Source: the human T2T-CHM13v2.0 reference genome, Homo sapiens. From it: 64,000 nt of DNA. Position 1 is the first letter of the stretch. Each line of letters starts with the position of its first letter. The position numbers were made by a program, and so were the translations under genes. The stretch is from the NCBI RefSeq assembly GCF_009914755.1, contig NC_060945.1, one strand, 5' to 3'. Below the pieces are notes generated by a model. It had not been told where the DNA came from. It searched no databases and saw nothing but the letters and a program-made list of their open reading frames with translations. Shown in pieces: positions 18,224 through 31,600 of this stretch.

Positions 18224-18936
18224 TGACATCAACGTTGATCACTTGATTAGAGTCGAGTCTGTTAGGCTTCTCCACCAAAAAGTAATTCTTTCCCTTTTGT
18301 AATTAATAATTATTTGGAAGGATGTATTTTGAGATTATGTAAATAGTTCATCTCTTATGAAAAACTCAATTTATGTATTCATTTCATCACACAGATTTTC
18401 CTATTTCATTCAATGGATTCACTAAGTATTTGGGTGCTTACATTGCCTCTGATTTGGCTAGTGGGGACTCCTTCAATATAGTTCTCTGTTATTTTGTCAT
18501 GTCCCCATCTTTTTTTAGTATTTCTGTACTTTCTGGAACAAAAATATATTCGACTTATCTTGTACCCTAAAGTCAATCATTTCTCCAAAAGGGGCCCGGA
18601 TTTAGTGAACAGTTTTTAGAAAGCAGTATTTGGGTTCTAGTTGTTACTCATCGCTTTTGTTGGGGGTCACTCTCCCAGACCCCCTTCTCAATGGCCAAGC
18701 ACAAAAGCACATTTACATCTGTGTGTATCTAGATTTGTATCTTATCTATCTATTGAAAATCATGCATTTACCCCATTATCTTCAATTGCAACCAGACTCA
18801 CAGGGTTCATTCTGGTTCTCTTCTTTCATATTTGTAACTCTTTGAGGAATGAGAAACCGAACTGCTCAATTTCTTAATATATTTACTTATTTAAATTCCT
18901 TCCTATATAACCAACCCTGTGTTGCCACTTTGTCCC

Positions 18937-19665
18937 TGTAAAAGAAATCAGAATCTTGGGACCTCAAACTCACTACGCCAAAAGGAAAGTTAAGCCTGGG
19001 AACTGAGTCATGCAAATATTGCCTTCCTTCTTCCTGAAACAGATAGCTGTCATTTCACAATCCTATGTCATAACATTGTATGTAAGCCAGGTTCCCAACA
19101 CGGCAAAAGGCCATATACATCCCCAGATGGCCCCCTTCACAGATTGCTCTCAAGGAAATTCCTTGTTAGCTCCAAAATCTTTCAGGATACATATTCCCCT
19201 ATAAAAGCAACACATGCCAATTGTAACCTTGGTCCTGCCACCTAAGTTTAACTCCTAAAACCGAGTTCTGTTAAATCTCACCCTGACCATGTCAATTACG
19301 AGCTTATCTTCCAAGGTACAGAACAAGTACAAGACACGAACCACTCCTGCGCCTACTCTTGAGATGGATGCATAATTGTCTCTTTCCTTTCTCTTTTCAA
19401 GTGTTCACCTTCTTTTATGTAAAACATAGATTCCTTTAGTGCTAGTTACAGCCTCACAAGGATGTAACTATTTGTTTCACTGCCTACCCTCCTTCCCTTT
19501 CCCCCACTGCTTGCTTTTTCCCCTTAAGTAATGAGTTCCCCAAACCCTCTTCGGAAAGCCCAGGTTACAGATGCTCCTGTGACTTGTGTTTTTCCTGGGT
19601 CGTCCTCAAACTTTGGCTTAATAAACCTCTACTAATTGAGACATCTGCCTCATTTTTGTTTAATA
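18937..19665 (+). mobile_element. ERV1 (MER4-group) solo LTR
   Basis: TG start, gggacctcaaactcact..gccaaaagg..gggaactgagtca motif, AATAAA at ~19620; subfamily not resolved. Confidence 0.65.
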
Positions 19666-22394
19666 ACCTTTCCCCCTGCTGATGTTTCCTCTGCCCACTG
19701 AGGCTCTGGCACCCCACCCCCAATCTCCTGCTCCCCACTGCCCCCATGGGTGCCCTCCTCCTCCCACTCTAGATCTGATAGCCTGCATCAGACCTCCCCA
19801 CCCACCCCATGCTAGGCCCTCCTGGTTTGCTCCAGCTCAAACACACCTCACTATGCCCCTGTGAATGAGGACTAACCCTAACCTTGCTTGTTGCACCTGA
19901 TAGTTCTAGGATGGAATTGTTCCAAAGGAAAGAGGAAGGAATAGCATAAACTTCATTTTGGGGTTTTCTTAGGGGATTTTGCTGGTGCTATTTCTGGCAT
20001 CTACCAGTAATGAGAGTTTACCTAAGTTGACTGATCAGAACAATTCGGCATACCCAGACATGTGGCTAAGCCGCTGGCTGCTCAGAGGCATGAATTCTTT
20101 CGTAGCGGTAGTCTGTTTTCCTGTTCATTAGCGCAACAGGAAACCAAGCACTGGTAATTGGATAAGTCCTCCTTTTACTTGTAATGAGCACCAAGTTAGT
20201 GGTAATGACTAAGAGGGCTACTTAACTGAGTTTCAGATCTTGTTCTAAAATTCTTTGTATCTAAGTGAGCTTCCATTTCAAATTCGTTCAGGTATGAGAT
20301 TGGAATTTGGCTTCTTATGAGCTCATCTGCTATTCCATTTACCTTAGCCTTCTCTTTGGTTCCAGGATATGGTGCCAAAAAATATATTTCTGCACAAGAG
20401 ATGCTAATATGATAAGGGACATCTGGGGGCTTTTGTACACATTGCTGTGATTTTCTTCTGTTGACCAGAAAATCCTAGCCACACAGTACCCACAGGCCCT
20501 TGAACATATGACTACAATATATAACTTGAGCTGCTTTAGTTTGAAGATCTAGTGAGGAGCAGCAGGGTAAGCGATTTCCCCCACCCCCAACCAGGTAATC
20601 ACAATAGACGTGTGTAAGCTTTGAAATTTCCTATAAACAAATTTTGCTGAAACTGGCTTTTTGATGTAAAGCAGCATTTGTTATGCAAGTTCTACTGCTA
20701 TTACTCTTCCCATAGTCTATTCTGGTTGACTTTCAGGATGAAGACATCTAAGCTACTTCTGGATTCCCTAGAAAACTTGTGCTGCCTATTCTTTTCCAAC
20801 TGTGTAGTCCTCTCCTGGCTGTTTCTGTGGTCCAGCAGACTGTGGAGAAATAGCTTACTATTCCATTAGAAAGAAGATCTTGTGTAATAAAAATAAGAAG
20901 TGGTATCAGGTCATGGGAGCTTTGGAAATGGAATCGAGATTTGGTGCTTGTCTTTGCCTCTGTGGCTAACAAGGTATAGAACGTTTGGAAGTTTCTTAAC
21001 TGACTTAGGCCACCTAAAGGTATTAGAGTAGACAAGCAGTTTGTAAAAGGTGCTTTGCAGGTAACCAGGGGCCTGCTGGTCTCTCATAGCTGCCTCAGAG
21101 GCTCATGATAGAAGGTTTGAGAAACTAGGGGATTGTCACTGAGAGGGATACAATGGGGACTTCGGTCGAATAATCTCCATTGTCTTTCGAGCAGAACAGC
21201 AGCAGCTCTATTTCCTATACATTTCACATTTTGTAATTCTTGAAGGATTTTTTTTAAAACAAAGACCTCTGCTAAAACCAAACCAAACCAAATCAAATCA
21301 AATAAAAGCTGCAAGACTCCTGAAGGTCCCTCTAGCTCTACATTTTTAGTACTTTCCTATGATATTTATATATCCCACATGCTGGTTCACTTTGTCATCT
21401 GAGATGAGACTAATCTGTGTCCATCTGGGATAGAAATTTCTTCCGTACTTTGATGAAAAGCAGTGTAGTCCTGCAAGATGTGAGTCTATTTCCCCATACT
21501 TTATTGACACAGGTATGAAGATGAGAAGAGATGGAGGCAGCAAAGGAAATGTGGTTTTGCATGTCACTAGCTCAACTCCCTCTGCATTTTCTTTTAAGCA
21601 AGGGAGGTGCTCCATTGTCTCTATAGGGCAACAGCAGTTCACTGGGTCCCCACATTTTTCTGGGGCTTTTGTGAGAAGCAGTAGGCAGGAACAGTGAAGA
21701 GAAACTTAGCAGGAGGCCCAGGTGCTGTCTTTTCTAGTTTCAGAGCTATCTGATCAGGACAAAAAGGAACAAGCTTGTCCACAGCAAGATGGCCAGCAAC
21801 TTGGTTATTTACCCAGTTAGTCTTGGGGAACACTAGAGCTCTTCCAATAGCTGGGACTATTTAAATTTTTTCAAGGAAACATATGCTGTGGGTTGGTGGT
21901 AGATGGGATTCAGGAGGATCCTTCTCTTATACAAGATGACTTTCTGGATAGGTGTTTGTGGGGTACAGAGGGAGGGAGCAAGGAGAATAAGAGAGGAACA
22001 AACCAAATGTTCAACATTCTAACACTCTTTAATAATTTATCTAAAATTATTGGATATTGAATTATTAGAGGCATTGAATCTTTTACTTTTTGTATGACAC
22101 TCACTCAGTCTTCAAATAATTTCTGATTGAACACTAGATTAAGAGGAAAAAATACCACAAATGAAATAACTTGTATTTTTGTTACGCAAAGGATTATTCT
22201 AAAAAATAATAAGCTGTTCCTCTAAGCCCTTTTAGAACACATGGAAAACTTCAGAATAGTGTGAGGGCGTCTTACATGCACTTCTTTCTTTGGAGATTGT
22301 GATAACCCAAGTAGAGGATTTAGGATTGTGCTGCTCAGAGACAACTGTTTGGATAAAATAATGCCAGATTCATCGTTTCCAGACTTGTTAAATT

Positions 22395-22800
22395 CATGGA
22401 GTATTAAAATAAAATTGAAATAAAATGGAAAATATGATGCCCAGTTGTTTTGTCAAAACCAGTCTAGGTGTTGCTTTGAAAGTAGTTTTTAGATATGATT
22501 AACATTTAAATCAGTAGGCTTTGAGTAAAGCAGATTACTCTCTGTAATGTGGGTGGGCCTTGTCCTATCAGTCGAAGGTCTGAAAAGAGTGAGGTCCCCT
22601 GAAGAGGAAGGAATTCTGCCTCTGACCTGCCTTCAGACTCAAGACTGCAGCATCAACTCTCGGAGTTTCCACCCATCCAGGCTGCCCTGCAGGTTTCAGA
22701 CTTGCCAGCCCCCAGAGCTGGTTTAGGGAATTAAACCAATCTTTCTCTCTCCACATATATACATACTTTGTTTTGTTTCTCTGGAGAACCCTGACTAATA
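22395..22800. mobile_element. MLT2 (ERVL) LTR
   Basis: gagtaaagcagattac...aatgtgggtgggcct...tttctctggagaaccctgactaata. Confidence 0.75.
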
Positions 22801-24153
22801 GACCAATACAAGATTGTGGTTTTAATTCCACCAAGTAAGGACTGAAAACTAAACAAATAAACAAAAATGAAAATCTACCATCTATTGTCATCACTTCATG
22901 AAAGAAAGAAAAATTTACTATTCCCATAGGAAAGACATACTCTCAGAACAAAGAACAATTTTATTGATGAATAAATTCTATCCTATTAACTAGCTTACCA
23001 CATTGCCTTTACGTGTCTCATTTTCCACACACAGGAGCCAGCCTTTAGGAACTGTGCTGGAGGTGACCCAACTTCTGATTGTGTGGGAGAACTATCCCAC
23101 TGTTACTCCTAAGAGAACATTCTCTCCCAATAGCTCCCCCGATATGGAATGTGACAGAGTAACAGGATGCCAAAATATATAGACCTCTTTTTCTTTCTAC
23201 AACATAGGTGCTCTTAAACAGTATGCAGAGGATTGTGTAGCTGCTTATAATAGGAGCCAGGCTGACACAGCTCTCTTTTCTCTTTTGTCACAGGTGATCA
23301 CAGAAATAGCTTGCTGTAACAGCACCTCACAGTTTCCTCTTAAAATGAAACCACATTTTCTTTGTGCCCTTTCAGCTCAGTTCTGCTGTTCATAGAGGGG
23401 CTTGGGAGATTTTCCACTGTAGGTTTCTTAAAATTCATTATACTTGTAGAATGTTAGAGCTAGAAGGTCCCCTAAAGATCATAAAGTTCAATTTCATTTT
23501 TTACAGATGAGAAAACAGAGGCTAAGAGAGGTAAAGAGGTGCTTAGTTGTGGCAGAAGATTAGAAGAGAAGTTCCTGCATGTCGGTTTAGCAATCATCTT
23601 GCTCATTACAACTTCCTCTTCTGCCTTAATCACTTTTCAGTTCAGTAGCCTCTTTCCTCTAGAATAGCCCTTCTGTATTCACACTGCCTTTTCTTTGCTT
23701 TGAAGTTACAGATCTGAAACTCTTGCGTTAGCTATGCTATGGTTTTCTTCCACATTCTGTACACTGTACTGACCATCCTCTTATAAACCTCTTCTCTTCT
23801 AGGTTAAAGATTTCTTGACTTCCCTCTGGTGAAGCTTGATACCAACTGACCTATAAGGGCTTGGTTTTCACAACAGAGTCTTAGTCCACCCTCGCCATCG
23901 CACCAAATACTGAGAGAACAAATAAAATTATTGCTTGAAGAAACGAAGTAAAGACTATAGTATTCATATTTTTCCCACATGCCATTTGCAGTAGCTTTTC
24001 ATATTTCTCATCTATCCCACACTAGAAATTTCAACTATTGGCTTTTGTAAATTTTCTTTTTGAGCCACAAATTTATCTCAGTTTCAGATTCTAATCTATT
24101 TTCAGTAGTGCTTTCAGTTTAGTTTACTCCCATTTCAAAAATACTCCGTCTTG

Positions 24154-24364
24154 TTCTTTACAGCAATAAAATCCAAATGCAAATTCCGACAACCTCAGCC
24201 AATGGTGAGTCATGGTCCCTCATTTCCACCTCTTCTAAACGGTCATGGTTGCTCATTTTCACTCTTCTAAGCACCTCTTCTTTACAGCAACAAAATCAGA
24301 AAGCAAATTCAGGCAACCTTAACCAATGGTGAGTCATGGTTCCTCATTTCCACCTCTTCTAAAC
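24154..24364. repeat. Diverged local tandem duplication, period 124 bp
   Basis: 24154-24240 and 24278-24364 align over ~87 bp; a partial third copy lies in the spacer. Confidence 0.9.
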
Positions 24365-24828
24365 CCCTCCTCTGATGGTCAGGACCCTTCTCATTCCTCA
24401 AGTAGTAACTATTCAGCACTTTACCACTTCCCTTGAATCTCTGACCCATTATCTTTTTCATCTTTCTCACAGAAAATAGAGGCAGCCATTTAAGTACTTT
24501 CTCAACTTACTCTCCAACAAATCTGATTCAAATACTTTCATCTGTAGTTTTACCTTCTCTCTAGTGTCAAAACCTGAGGTAATCCTAAACCTCTTCAAAG
24601 ACAAGTCATTCTCGGTGTGCTACTCTGTTCTGTGTCTTCAAACTGGGCTCCTTTGATTATTGCTACCTCTCTATCGTTAGCCTTTCTACTGGCTCTGTCC
24701 TCTTAGTATTTATTCATGTTCAAGTACTTCCCAACCTTAAAAAAATAACCTTGACCCAACATCCTCTTTACCTCAACTTCACTTCATAAAATTTTAAAGA
24801 CATCATACCTCAAATCCACTATCCTACC

Positions 24829-25225
24829 TGTCTTAGTCTATTTTATGTTGCTATCACAGAGTACTACAGAATGGATAATTAATAACAAACAGTTATTGAT
24901 TTGGCTTACAATCCTGGAGGTTGGGAAGTCCAAGGGCATGGTGATAGCATCTGGCAAGGTAGCAAGACTTCATGCTGTGTGATAACATGGTGGAAAGAGC
25001 AAGAGGATGTGAGCAAGCAAACAAGAGGGGGCTGAACTTGCTTTTATAACAAAGGCACTCTCATGATAACTAACCCACTCCGTCCATAACATTAATTCAT
25101 CCGTGAGGGTAGAGTCTTCATGACTTAATCACCTCTTAGTAGACTCCACCTCTCGATGCTGTTGCTTTTGGGATTAAGTTTCCAACACATGAACTTCAGG
25201 GAACACATTCAAATCATGGTACTAC
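24829..25225 (-). mobile_element. MaLR solo LTR (MSTC/MLT1A-like) within L2-like sequence
   Basis: tgtcttagtct...ggaagtccaagggcatgg...cacattcaaatcat. Confidence 0.7.
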
Positions 25226-25654
25226 GTTGCATCCATATTACAATCTGTTGTGATCTACTTTTGCTCCCACAGGTCCATTAAAACTGTACTCCATGAATTT
25301 CTGGTTGCTAAATACAATGAACATTATTCAATCCTTATTCTTTCAATCTCTTGGCAGAATACTTTCCAGTTGACCAACAGAGTCTTGTTGGCTTTTATAT
25401 CCCTTAGACCCAAAGACTTACAGGGCTTGGCAGAGTTTCTGGCAACATAACGAAATCTGAAAATTGACGAAAGATTTAGAATGGAAAATAAGTGGATGCC
25501 AAATGGTGAAGGCTTTAAATGCTAAACTGTGGGGACTGGCTTTTGTTTTGTAGGCAGTGATAATCTAGAAAGGTCTCTTAGCAGGAAAGTAGCATTACCA
25601 CATCTTTTGGGAAGTAAATTCTGGGGCAGTTTATGGTTTGGAGCAGTGGTTTCC

Positions 25655-25686
<32 letters not shown>

Positions 25687-25975
25687 GAGACAAAGTCTTG
25701 CTCTGTCACTCAGGCTAGACTGCAGTGGCACAATCACGGCTCACTGCAGCGTTGACCTCCTGGGCTCAAGCAATCCTCCCACCTCAGTCTCTGCCCCACC
25801 AAGTAGCCAGGACTACAGGCCTATGCCATCATGCCAGGCTAATTTTTATATTTTTTGTACATACAGAGTCTTGCTACATCGCTCAGGCTGGTCTTGAACT
25901 CCTGGACTTAAGCAATCTACTGGCCTTGGCCTCCCAAAGTGCTGGGATTATAGGCATGCGCCAACGTGCCCATCC
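25655..25975 (-). mobile_element. AluJ
   Basis: Diverged Alu dimer with poly(T) on the plus strand. Confidence 0.85.
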
Positions 25976-26390
25976 TAAAGCACATTCTTAACAGGAAAAC
26001 TGACATCTGCATTACCAAGAGGTTTAATTTCTCTTCAGAATCTTCCCAGCAGATTCAGTTGACTCAAAAGGCAGCCCATGTGGCTGAGGGTTAGTTTAGA
26101 TATGCATTGGCTCTTAGCAGTTCACCTCTGGAAGTGAATTTCATAAGATCTCAGAGTAGAACACAGGACATAGACCCAGTGGAAGAGGTTAGGTTTAACA
26201 AGAGTTCTGAGTTGCAAGCTAGAGAAAGCAACTAGTTGACTTAGGCTATAAAGGAATTTATTCAATGGGGAGAGATCACCCAGAAGGCTGGGAAACCACG
26301 CAGGAACAAAGGTGATGTAATCAACTACTAGGATCACAGTCTAATGTACACAAGGCAATGGCTATTCAAACACCAATGTCAGGAACTTAC

Positions 26391-26573
26391 CTGTTGTACT
26401 CACTGGATATGGGATAATGGCTGTTGTCCCTGCTGACAGTTAGCCATTGATGCCCTCAACACAGGCCTTCTCCTATCCAGTTTCTTTGCTTTACCAGTCA
26501 GGGCGAGGTGCCTCAGATACACAGGAGGTTGAAGTTTTTGCTTCTAGAGGTGGTGACTTGTGCCATCCAAACA
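26391..26573 (-). ncRNA. Candidate internal exon of a downstream/overlapping non-coding transcript (C21orf91-OT1-like)
   Basis: Long polypyrimidine tract plus CCCTTTCTAG| acceptor, and a perfect CAG|GTAAGT donor. An overlapping lncRNA is recalled at this locus, but its exon coordinates are not verified. Confidence 0.45.
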
Positions 26574-27667
26574 CTAGAAAGGGATTCAGACGTGGAAGAA
26601 CAGCAGAAAACCACAAAACCAAAATCAAAAATAGAAAATAAAACCCAAAGACATAAACTTGCAAGGATCCAATGCATCACTTTTATCAGATTCTAAAAGC
26701 AAAACCTTTCGAACAGGTTTTTATGAATTTAGAGTATCAATATATAAAACAGGCCTTGTTCTGCCTGCAGCTCCCCTTCCTATTCTATCCATCATCCACG
26801 TATGACTTGTCGGCCTCTAAGACACCTGCAAAGAATTTCTGGTCCTATGATACATTAAAAATTAGGGGAGAACAAACCATTTTACAAATAGTTTGAAAAT
26901 TCCCAAGAAGGCTGGGAAACTGAGCATGAGCAAAGCCTAACAAATTCAGGCTTAGAAAAGTTAGTTTCTCTTAATGTCAGTTAGTTAAAGCTAAACAGGA
27001 GCACTTCATTTGTAGTCTGGTACTCTTTCCAAACCAGACTCTTGGTCTCCATTTCCTCTCCTGAAAAACAAAGCAGTATGACTATTAGACTTTGAAGAGA
27101 CTTTCAAAAACGACAGATTCTTCTAGTACCCCACGAAATGTTTCAATTCTCCAGCAGTCCTTATTTTGTAATTTGCCTCTGAGCTTTTGTAAAATCATCT
27201 GTTTCCTAGTTTTAAACTGCTTGTTGCCATAAAAGCATCATATAAATGACTTTAAAAATCATTTGTGGAAAAAAAACTGGTAATGTAATATTCAGATTCG
27301 TAATGCTAACTAAAAGTGACCTTGAATATTTTGTTGTATTCCTATTTTAATATTTTTAAAGCCGATTTAAAAATATTCATATTCATATAAGCCCCAAACT
27401 AAAAACAACTCAAATGTCCATCAACAGGTGAATAATTAAATTATGATATATTCATACAAAGGAGCAGTACTCAGCCAAAAAAAGAAAAAAAAAAGGAAAT
27501 GAACTATGAACTATTACTGATCTTTGAGCTAACATGGATGAATTTTAAGAACATCCAGTGGAATGAAAAAAGCCTGGAGCAAATGAGCATATGCTGTATC
27601 ACTACATTTATGTAAAGTTTTTAATGCAGGCAAATGCAAAGTACAGTAATAAAGATCAGAACAATCA

Positions 27668-27960
27668 GGCCAGGCGCAGTGGCTCACACCTGTAATCCGA
27701 GCACTTTGGGAGGCTGAGGCGGGCAGATCACCTGAGGTCAGGAGTTCAAGACCAGCCTGGGCAACAAGGCAAAACCCCGTCTCTAGTAAAAATGCAAAAA
27801 TTAGCCGGGCATGGTGGTGTGCACCTGTAATCCTAGCTACTCAGGAGGATGAGGCAGGAGAATCGCTTGAACCTGGAGGTGGAGGTTGCAGTGAGTTGAA
27901 ATCGTGCCACTGCACTCCAGCCTGGACAACAGAGTGAGACTCCATCTCAAAAAAAAAAAA
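27668..27960 (+). mobile_element. AluS inserted in an old L1M fragment (~27360-28120)
   Basis: Full dimer; TSD gatcagaacaatca; flanks resemble an ancient L1 3' end. Confidence 0.9.
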
Positions 27961-28356
27961 GGATCAGAACAATCAGTGGAAGGGAAATAAAAAGTGAAGT
28001 GACTGCGAGGGGAACCAAAGGGAGTGATTGATGGCTCTACAGTTGCATACATTTGTTAAAATTCAAACAATACAGTAAAATGTTTGTGCTTACTGTATAT
28101 AAATTACACCCCAATTAAAAAAAATTGCATACACATCTAGTAAGTCACAGGCAACTTATTTCCTGCTTCTGTATTGTTGGGAAACAGAGAATATTAAGTA
28201 TCAGAGATAAGGTAAGATTATTACAAGAAATTGTCAGATAAGATCATTTATAGACTCCCTAAACCTGCAAAGCAAAACCATATAGACCCACTATTTAAAA
28301 AAATATAGCTACTTTTCAAAGCATCCACTCAAGCTAGCAGATAACAAAATACTTAT

Positions 28357-28362
28357 TTTATT
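28357..28362 (-). terminator. Distal polyadenylation signal AATAAA of C21orf91
   Basis: Plus-strand tttatt, followed on the minus strand by U/GU-rich sequence; marks the end of the repeat-free UTR block. Confidence 0.75.
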
Positions 28363-28622
28363 GTTGTAAAATTAAAAATAGTAGACAAGCATATATACAG
28401 TTCCCAAGCAGAGCAATACAAATATATAAATTATTGCAGTTTTCAAAGAAAATATAACAGCCAAATAATTGCCTACTTTTTTGAAACAAACTTGGTTTTT
28501 ACCACAGCAGTTTCATTTTCTTTTTCCAAAAGTCTTAACACAATTTTGTAAAGTAAATTTCTAACACCAGAGAGATTAAGTTCAATGACCATAGTATATG
28601 CTACTGTTTTAAAGCAAGGTTA

Positions 28623-28645
28623 ACACACACACACACACACACACA
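28623..28645. repeat. (CA)11 microsatellite in the 3'UTR, read as (UG)11 in the mRNA
   Basis: Read directly from the sequence. Confidence 0.9.
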
Positions 28646-31600
28646 AAATGGAACTGAACAAAAGTCACTACTTAATACTTTCTAAATTGCCTCTTTTGGA
28701 GGTACGGTGAAAGAAAAACATTCTAGATGCGTCTGAAAGAAACAAGGTACACACACTTACTAAAATTCCCCTTTGCTTTAGGTGTAGTTGAGGGAAGTTC
28801 AACTAATCTTTAAACCTTTTTTGGGAGAGGGCAATACTCATCTTCATGAATTTTTGTTTACTTTGGTAAACTTAAAATTGTGAAATAATTAAATATTATT
28901 AAAATGTATTAGTAATGTGGACTCAAACTAAAAAGAACAGGGAAAGTGTATGTTAACAAACTAGATGTTTTGGAGACTTGATATAATATGGTTCATATCA
29001 ATGTTACCATAGCCAGAAGTTGCTTAATAGGTTAGACTGCACCATAATCAAGGCAATTATGAAAGGATGAAGTGAAATGAAAATACTGAGATGCAAGCAT
29101 TATAGCCCTCCTCCAAGTTACCTTTATTTTGTGTGAGGGCTCTAGTATTCTGGTAAATAAACTCTTCCCTGCCCCATGACCACAAAACTTTACTTGGTAA
29201 GAATAAACTGTTGGGGGTTTTATCTCTTACTAATTCTCACCACAAATTTCCTCAAATAGTTACTCCCACCAACGTAAAAGTTAAAAATACAATCATACAC
29301 TGAAACGGCATCAATTATCTTTGCCTTACATCTGAACAAAAAGTATTAACTTTTTTATAGCGTATTACACTTCTTAATAAGCACTTAGTAACAACATTTG
29401 TCAGTAAATGAACTGGCATACATCAGAAAAAGTTGACAATAGAAGAATTTTACATGGTACCATTTCAAATTTTCATGTACAAGTAACCCACTTTATGGTC
29501 ACTAACCTGAACCTCCTAATAAGCTACACAAATAATTTACTCTTTAAAAATTCCTACTTTAGAGCATTTACATTTTATAATTTAATAATGAAAGCAGATT
29601 CTTCCAAAACAAAACAAAACCCAAACTGGGAAACATTAAAACACAAATAGATCTAAAAGCTTACTTTAAAAAAACTACAAAAATGGACTAACAAGCCTTA
29701 CCAGTGTAAACACTAAGGTAAAAAATATATAAACAACATAAAGAAAACACAAAACCATTTTCAGTCATAAATATAGTAAAATGAAAAACCAAATCTCAAG
29801 ATGCCTGTCAAGATATATTTGACTATATATTTTGACTATATTTCTGAAATCACTAACATGAACTTGACATTGAAAAAATAATCCTTAAATGTATATAAAA
29901 ATGGGCACTTTGTGGTAAAATGAACATGTGTTTTGAAAAACTAAGAATGTGTCTTTGCTCCACCATTGTGCATAGTCAACGACACAACAAAACACTATTC
30001 TGCTGCCTGAATCATCTATTACTGGAGTCTCAAGTGCATGCCTTTTAAAAAAGACTAATTTAGATATTAATATGAGGATCAAAGGATAAGATGATAATCT
30101 CAAAGTAAAACATAATTGATTTTTAGCTTCATTATAAGGCTGAACTTTAAAGAGAACAACCTGTGTGGTCAAAAACACTTTTCTAATTTTTAAAACTCAA
30201 TTTAACGTGTCAAATTATAAAACTGAACGTGAAAAAGATTTGTCTTATCTCACTCCCCTTAATCATATAAGCTCTGAAAATTTAGTAATGGATGACTGGC
30301 AGTCTGTTTTGCCACTTTTTAAACAGTAGTACATGAGATATGCTTCAAAACATTCTCAAAAATTACTAACAACTGTAGAGAATAGCCAAGTGTGGAAAAC
30401 AATATTTGTGATATTTCATGTTCTCTTGTTAGAACTCAACTCTGTACCTGATACTTATATTTGCATACACAGTAATTGCATATTTGATTAAGAAAACTAA
30501 CATAGGACTAAATTATAAGTTTACCAAACATTTGGATAAACTGCTGTGCAAAATACTTCAACAAAAAGTTTTTTTTACTAGGAACTCATCCAAATAAAGT
30601 AGTGTGAGTACCAGCACCACAAAGTTTTTTTTAAGAGCACCTCTCCTTTTTAGAGCTTAAGTAGAAATATCTAAATGGAATAAATCAGAGTCCCACTTAA
30701 GACCTTAGCACATGCACACGTTCATCCACTTGTTCCGTACTCATTAGTAAAGCTATGTATATTTGTCAGAAAACTCCTTTCTTTGGATAACACTGTTGTA
30801 TTCAGGACTGCAACTTATGGCTCATATTCTGGAAATATGCTACTACTGATATCAAATGCAACATATCCCCAACTTTTATGACTGTCCCTAACTCATCTAA
30901 ACACAAACCCAAATGTGTGCAAACACACTGGCTGGTAACAATCTTACTGAATTACGCCAAAAAAGAGTAAAGTCAAATTTGAAAATGTGGGAACAATTAA
31001 GCACTAAGATATTAATCAGGAAATGTATTTACCCAGCTTGTAAGTTTGAATATTTTGATATTGCACACATTTAATTTAAAGCTCATCAAAACTAAGGCAA
31101 TGCATCCATACTCCCTGGATTTTAAATTCATTTTGCATGACTTAAAGAATTGAGAGAAATCGAAAGCATCTTTCAAAAATTCCCTCCAAAAAGTAATGTT
31201 ATACTTCAAAGAAAAACAAAATCAACAGATATCAATTAATACCCTCAGGCCAATTTAACACGTCAGCATTACAAAAAGTTGTTTTCAATTAAACTGAAGT
31301 GTTTCTTTGCTTAAATACTTTCTTGTGTTCAACAACAAAATCTGACCCAAGCCAGGGTAGGCTGCCAAATTTAAGGCAAATGTCATTTATATCTTTATGC
31401 ATGAAGCTGCCACGTTACTGGGCTTTTCAGCAGATACTTTCAAGCAAGGATCTACCTCATAAGTACATTCTAAACATGAGTTAAAAACAGAATTTAGAGC
31501 CCATTTTAATTCTGCATTGGTTATAGCCTTTACTGTAATACATTATTAAAATTTATCTAGCTGTTTGGGACAATCTGTTAGATAAAAACTCTTTGGAAGC

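Noticed and set aside
19700-19815. C-run-rich tract (possible G-quadruplex on the minus strand)
   Set aside because: Loops are irregular and there is no supporting context; such tracts are common in mammalian DNA.
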